A stretch of 64,000 bases of DNA from Porphyridium purpureum (Eukaryota): positions 62,001 through 126,000 of the forward strand of contig VRMN01000004.1 of NCBI GenBank assembly GCA_008690995.1, written 5' to 3'. Under the pieces are notes generated by a model. The model saw only the letters and a program-made list of their open reading frames with translations, did no database searches and was not told where the DNA came from. Each line of letters begins with the position of its first letter. Position 1 is the first letter of the stretch. The position numbers were made by a program, and so were the translations under genes. Positions 63,169-64,000 of the stretch are shown piece after piece.

Positions 63169-64000
63169 ATGGGGCACGCTGGCTCGGGCGTGCTCGAGTC
63201 ACCGTCCAAGTGTGGTGAACAACAGCAAGACCGTGAGATTGGTGGCGGTGGCGTGCGCGCGTCCGCGTCACCGGCTTCTTCCTCACCGCCGCGCGCGTCG
63301 GCTTGGAGCTCGTCTGCAAAACGCGAGCGCTCCTGTATGACTCCAGGTAGCGCCGAGAAGCAGCGCCAGGCCGCCGGCCGCCGCGAGGCAGTCTTGGCAG
63401 AACGGCAGTTGCGCGCAAGTCAGCATGTGCAACATGTCGAGCGTGTCGTGGCCGCTCGCAGCCGCGTCGAGCGCGAGGAGATCGCACGACATGAGCTCGA
63501 CCTCGAAACGCGCCTCGAGCAAGCCGAGATGCGCCGTGCTCGCGAGCTCGAGAATCGCGCTGCTCGTGCGGCCATATTTTCACCGCTGCGAACCCCCGCG
63601 CAGACCCCGGTTCGAGGGCTCCCGCAACCCAACACGCTCAGGGGCACGCCGGCTCGCAGGACGCTCTTGTTTGGGCGTGACGACAGGTCATTATCTGCTG
63701 GAGAAGAAGCGCTAGCTTTTGACCTCCCTGCAGAGAAAGTGCCGGCGCAGCTCAAGCTCAAGGTTGGTGAAAGCAAAATCTTCTTTGACGCAGCGAGTCG
63801 TTCATTTGAGGAAACGACTGCTCTTGTGCAGTCTTTAGAAGCCAAGCAGGCGTCTCAAGCGCTCATGAATTGGCTTCTCGGAAAAGACGGCGAGAGCATC
63901 GAGCAGAAAGATAGTATGGTGAGCCCAGAAAATGCAGCCAGTATGCGCATGGCACGAGTGTTGCTGTCTTGCATCGTGATTGCGTACCATCACGAGCACG
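63169..64000 (+). CDS. TCP11/SOK1-like protein, 3'-truncated by window edge (absent from the ORF track)
   Basis: Open frame from ATG 63169 to the end: ..LETRLEQAEMRRARELE.., SFEETTALVQS, ARVLLSCIVIAYHHEH, resembling the TCP11 N-terminus. Confidence 0.6.
   Translation, partial: MGHAGSGVLESPSKCGEQQQDREIGGGGVRASASPASSSPPRASAWSSSAKRERSCMTPGSAEKQRQAAGRREAVLAERQLRASQHVQHVERVVAARSRVEREEIARHELDLETRLEQAEMRRARELENRAARAAIFSPLRTPAQTPVRGLPQPNTLRGTPARRTLLFGRDDRSLSAGEEALAFDLPAEKVPAQLKLKVGESKIFFDAASRSFEETTALVQSLEAKQASQALMNWLLGKDGESIEQKDSMVSPENAASMRMARVLLSCIVIAYHHEH

Overview
Gene-dense, intron-poor, GC-rich eukaryotic nuclear DNA, most likely from a unicellular red alga (Porphyridium-like). This is inferred from MAF/MF-type plastid transit peptides, an OLE1-type desaturase-cytochrome b5 fusion, mannosylglycerate synthase and an untargeted pullulanase. 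About 27 protein genes are supported, mostly housekeeping: COG2, lumazine synthase, EDC4/VARICOSE, GCN5, bZIP, GST, MGS, TPM-domain lumen protein, delta-9 desaturase, ProRS, NDC80, TPI, U1-70K, pullulanase, HdeD-like, RTF1, sestrin, RFT1 and a partial TCP11-like gene. The accessory content is concentrated at 7-21.5 kb. (i) A decayed ~1.8 kb Fanzor1/TnpB-type RNA-guided nuclease gene, not recognisable from any single ORF, with all three RuvC motifs still readable and a structured 3' region where an omegaRNA would lie. (ii) A probable Ty1/copia integrase relic. (iii) A ~1200-aa lipase + glycine-zipper/TM + P-loop GTPase gene split by a 1-nt frameshift inside a tandem repeat. (iv) Tail-to-tail with it, a PAZ-less, slicer-dead 'short' eukaryotic Argonaute (L2-MID-PIWI only). 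Items iii and iv are a candidate defence-like module. Intergenic DNA shows a recurrent clustered GTACAG(T) motif and a telo-box cluster. All family calls come from motif recognition by eye; no searches were run.
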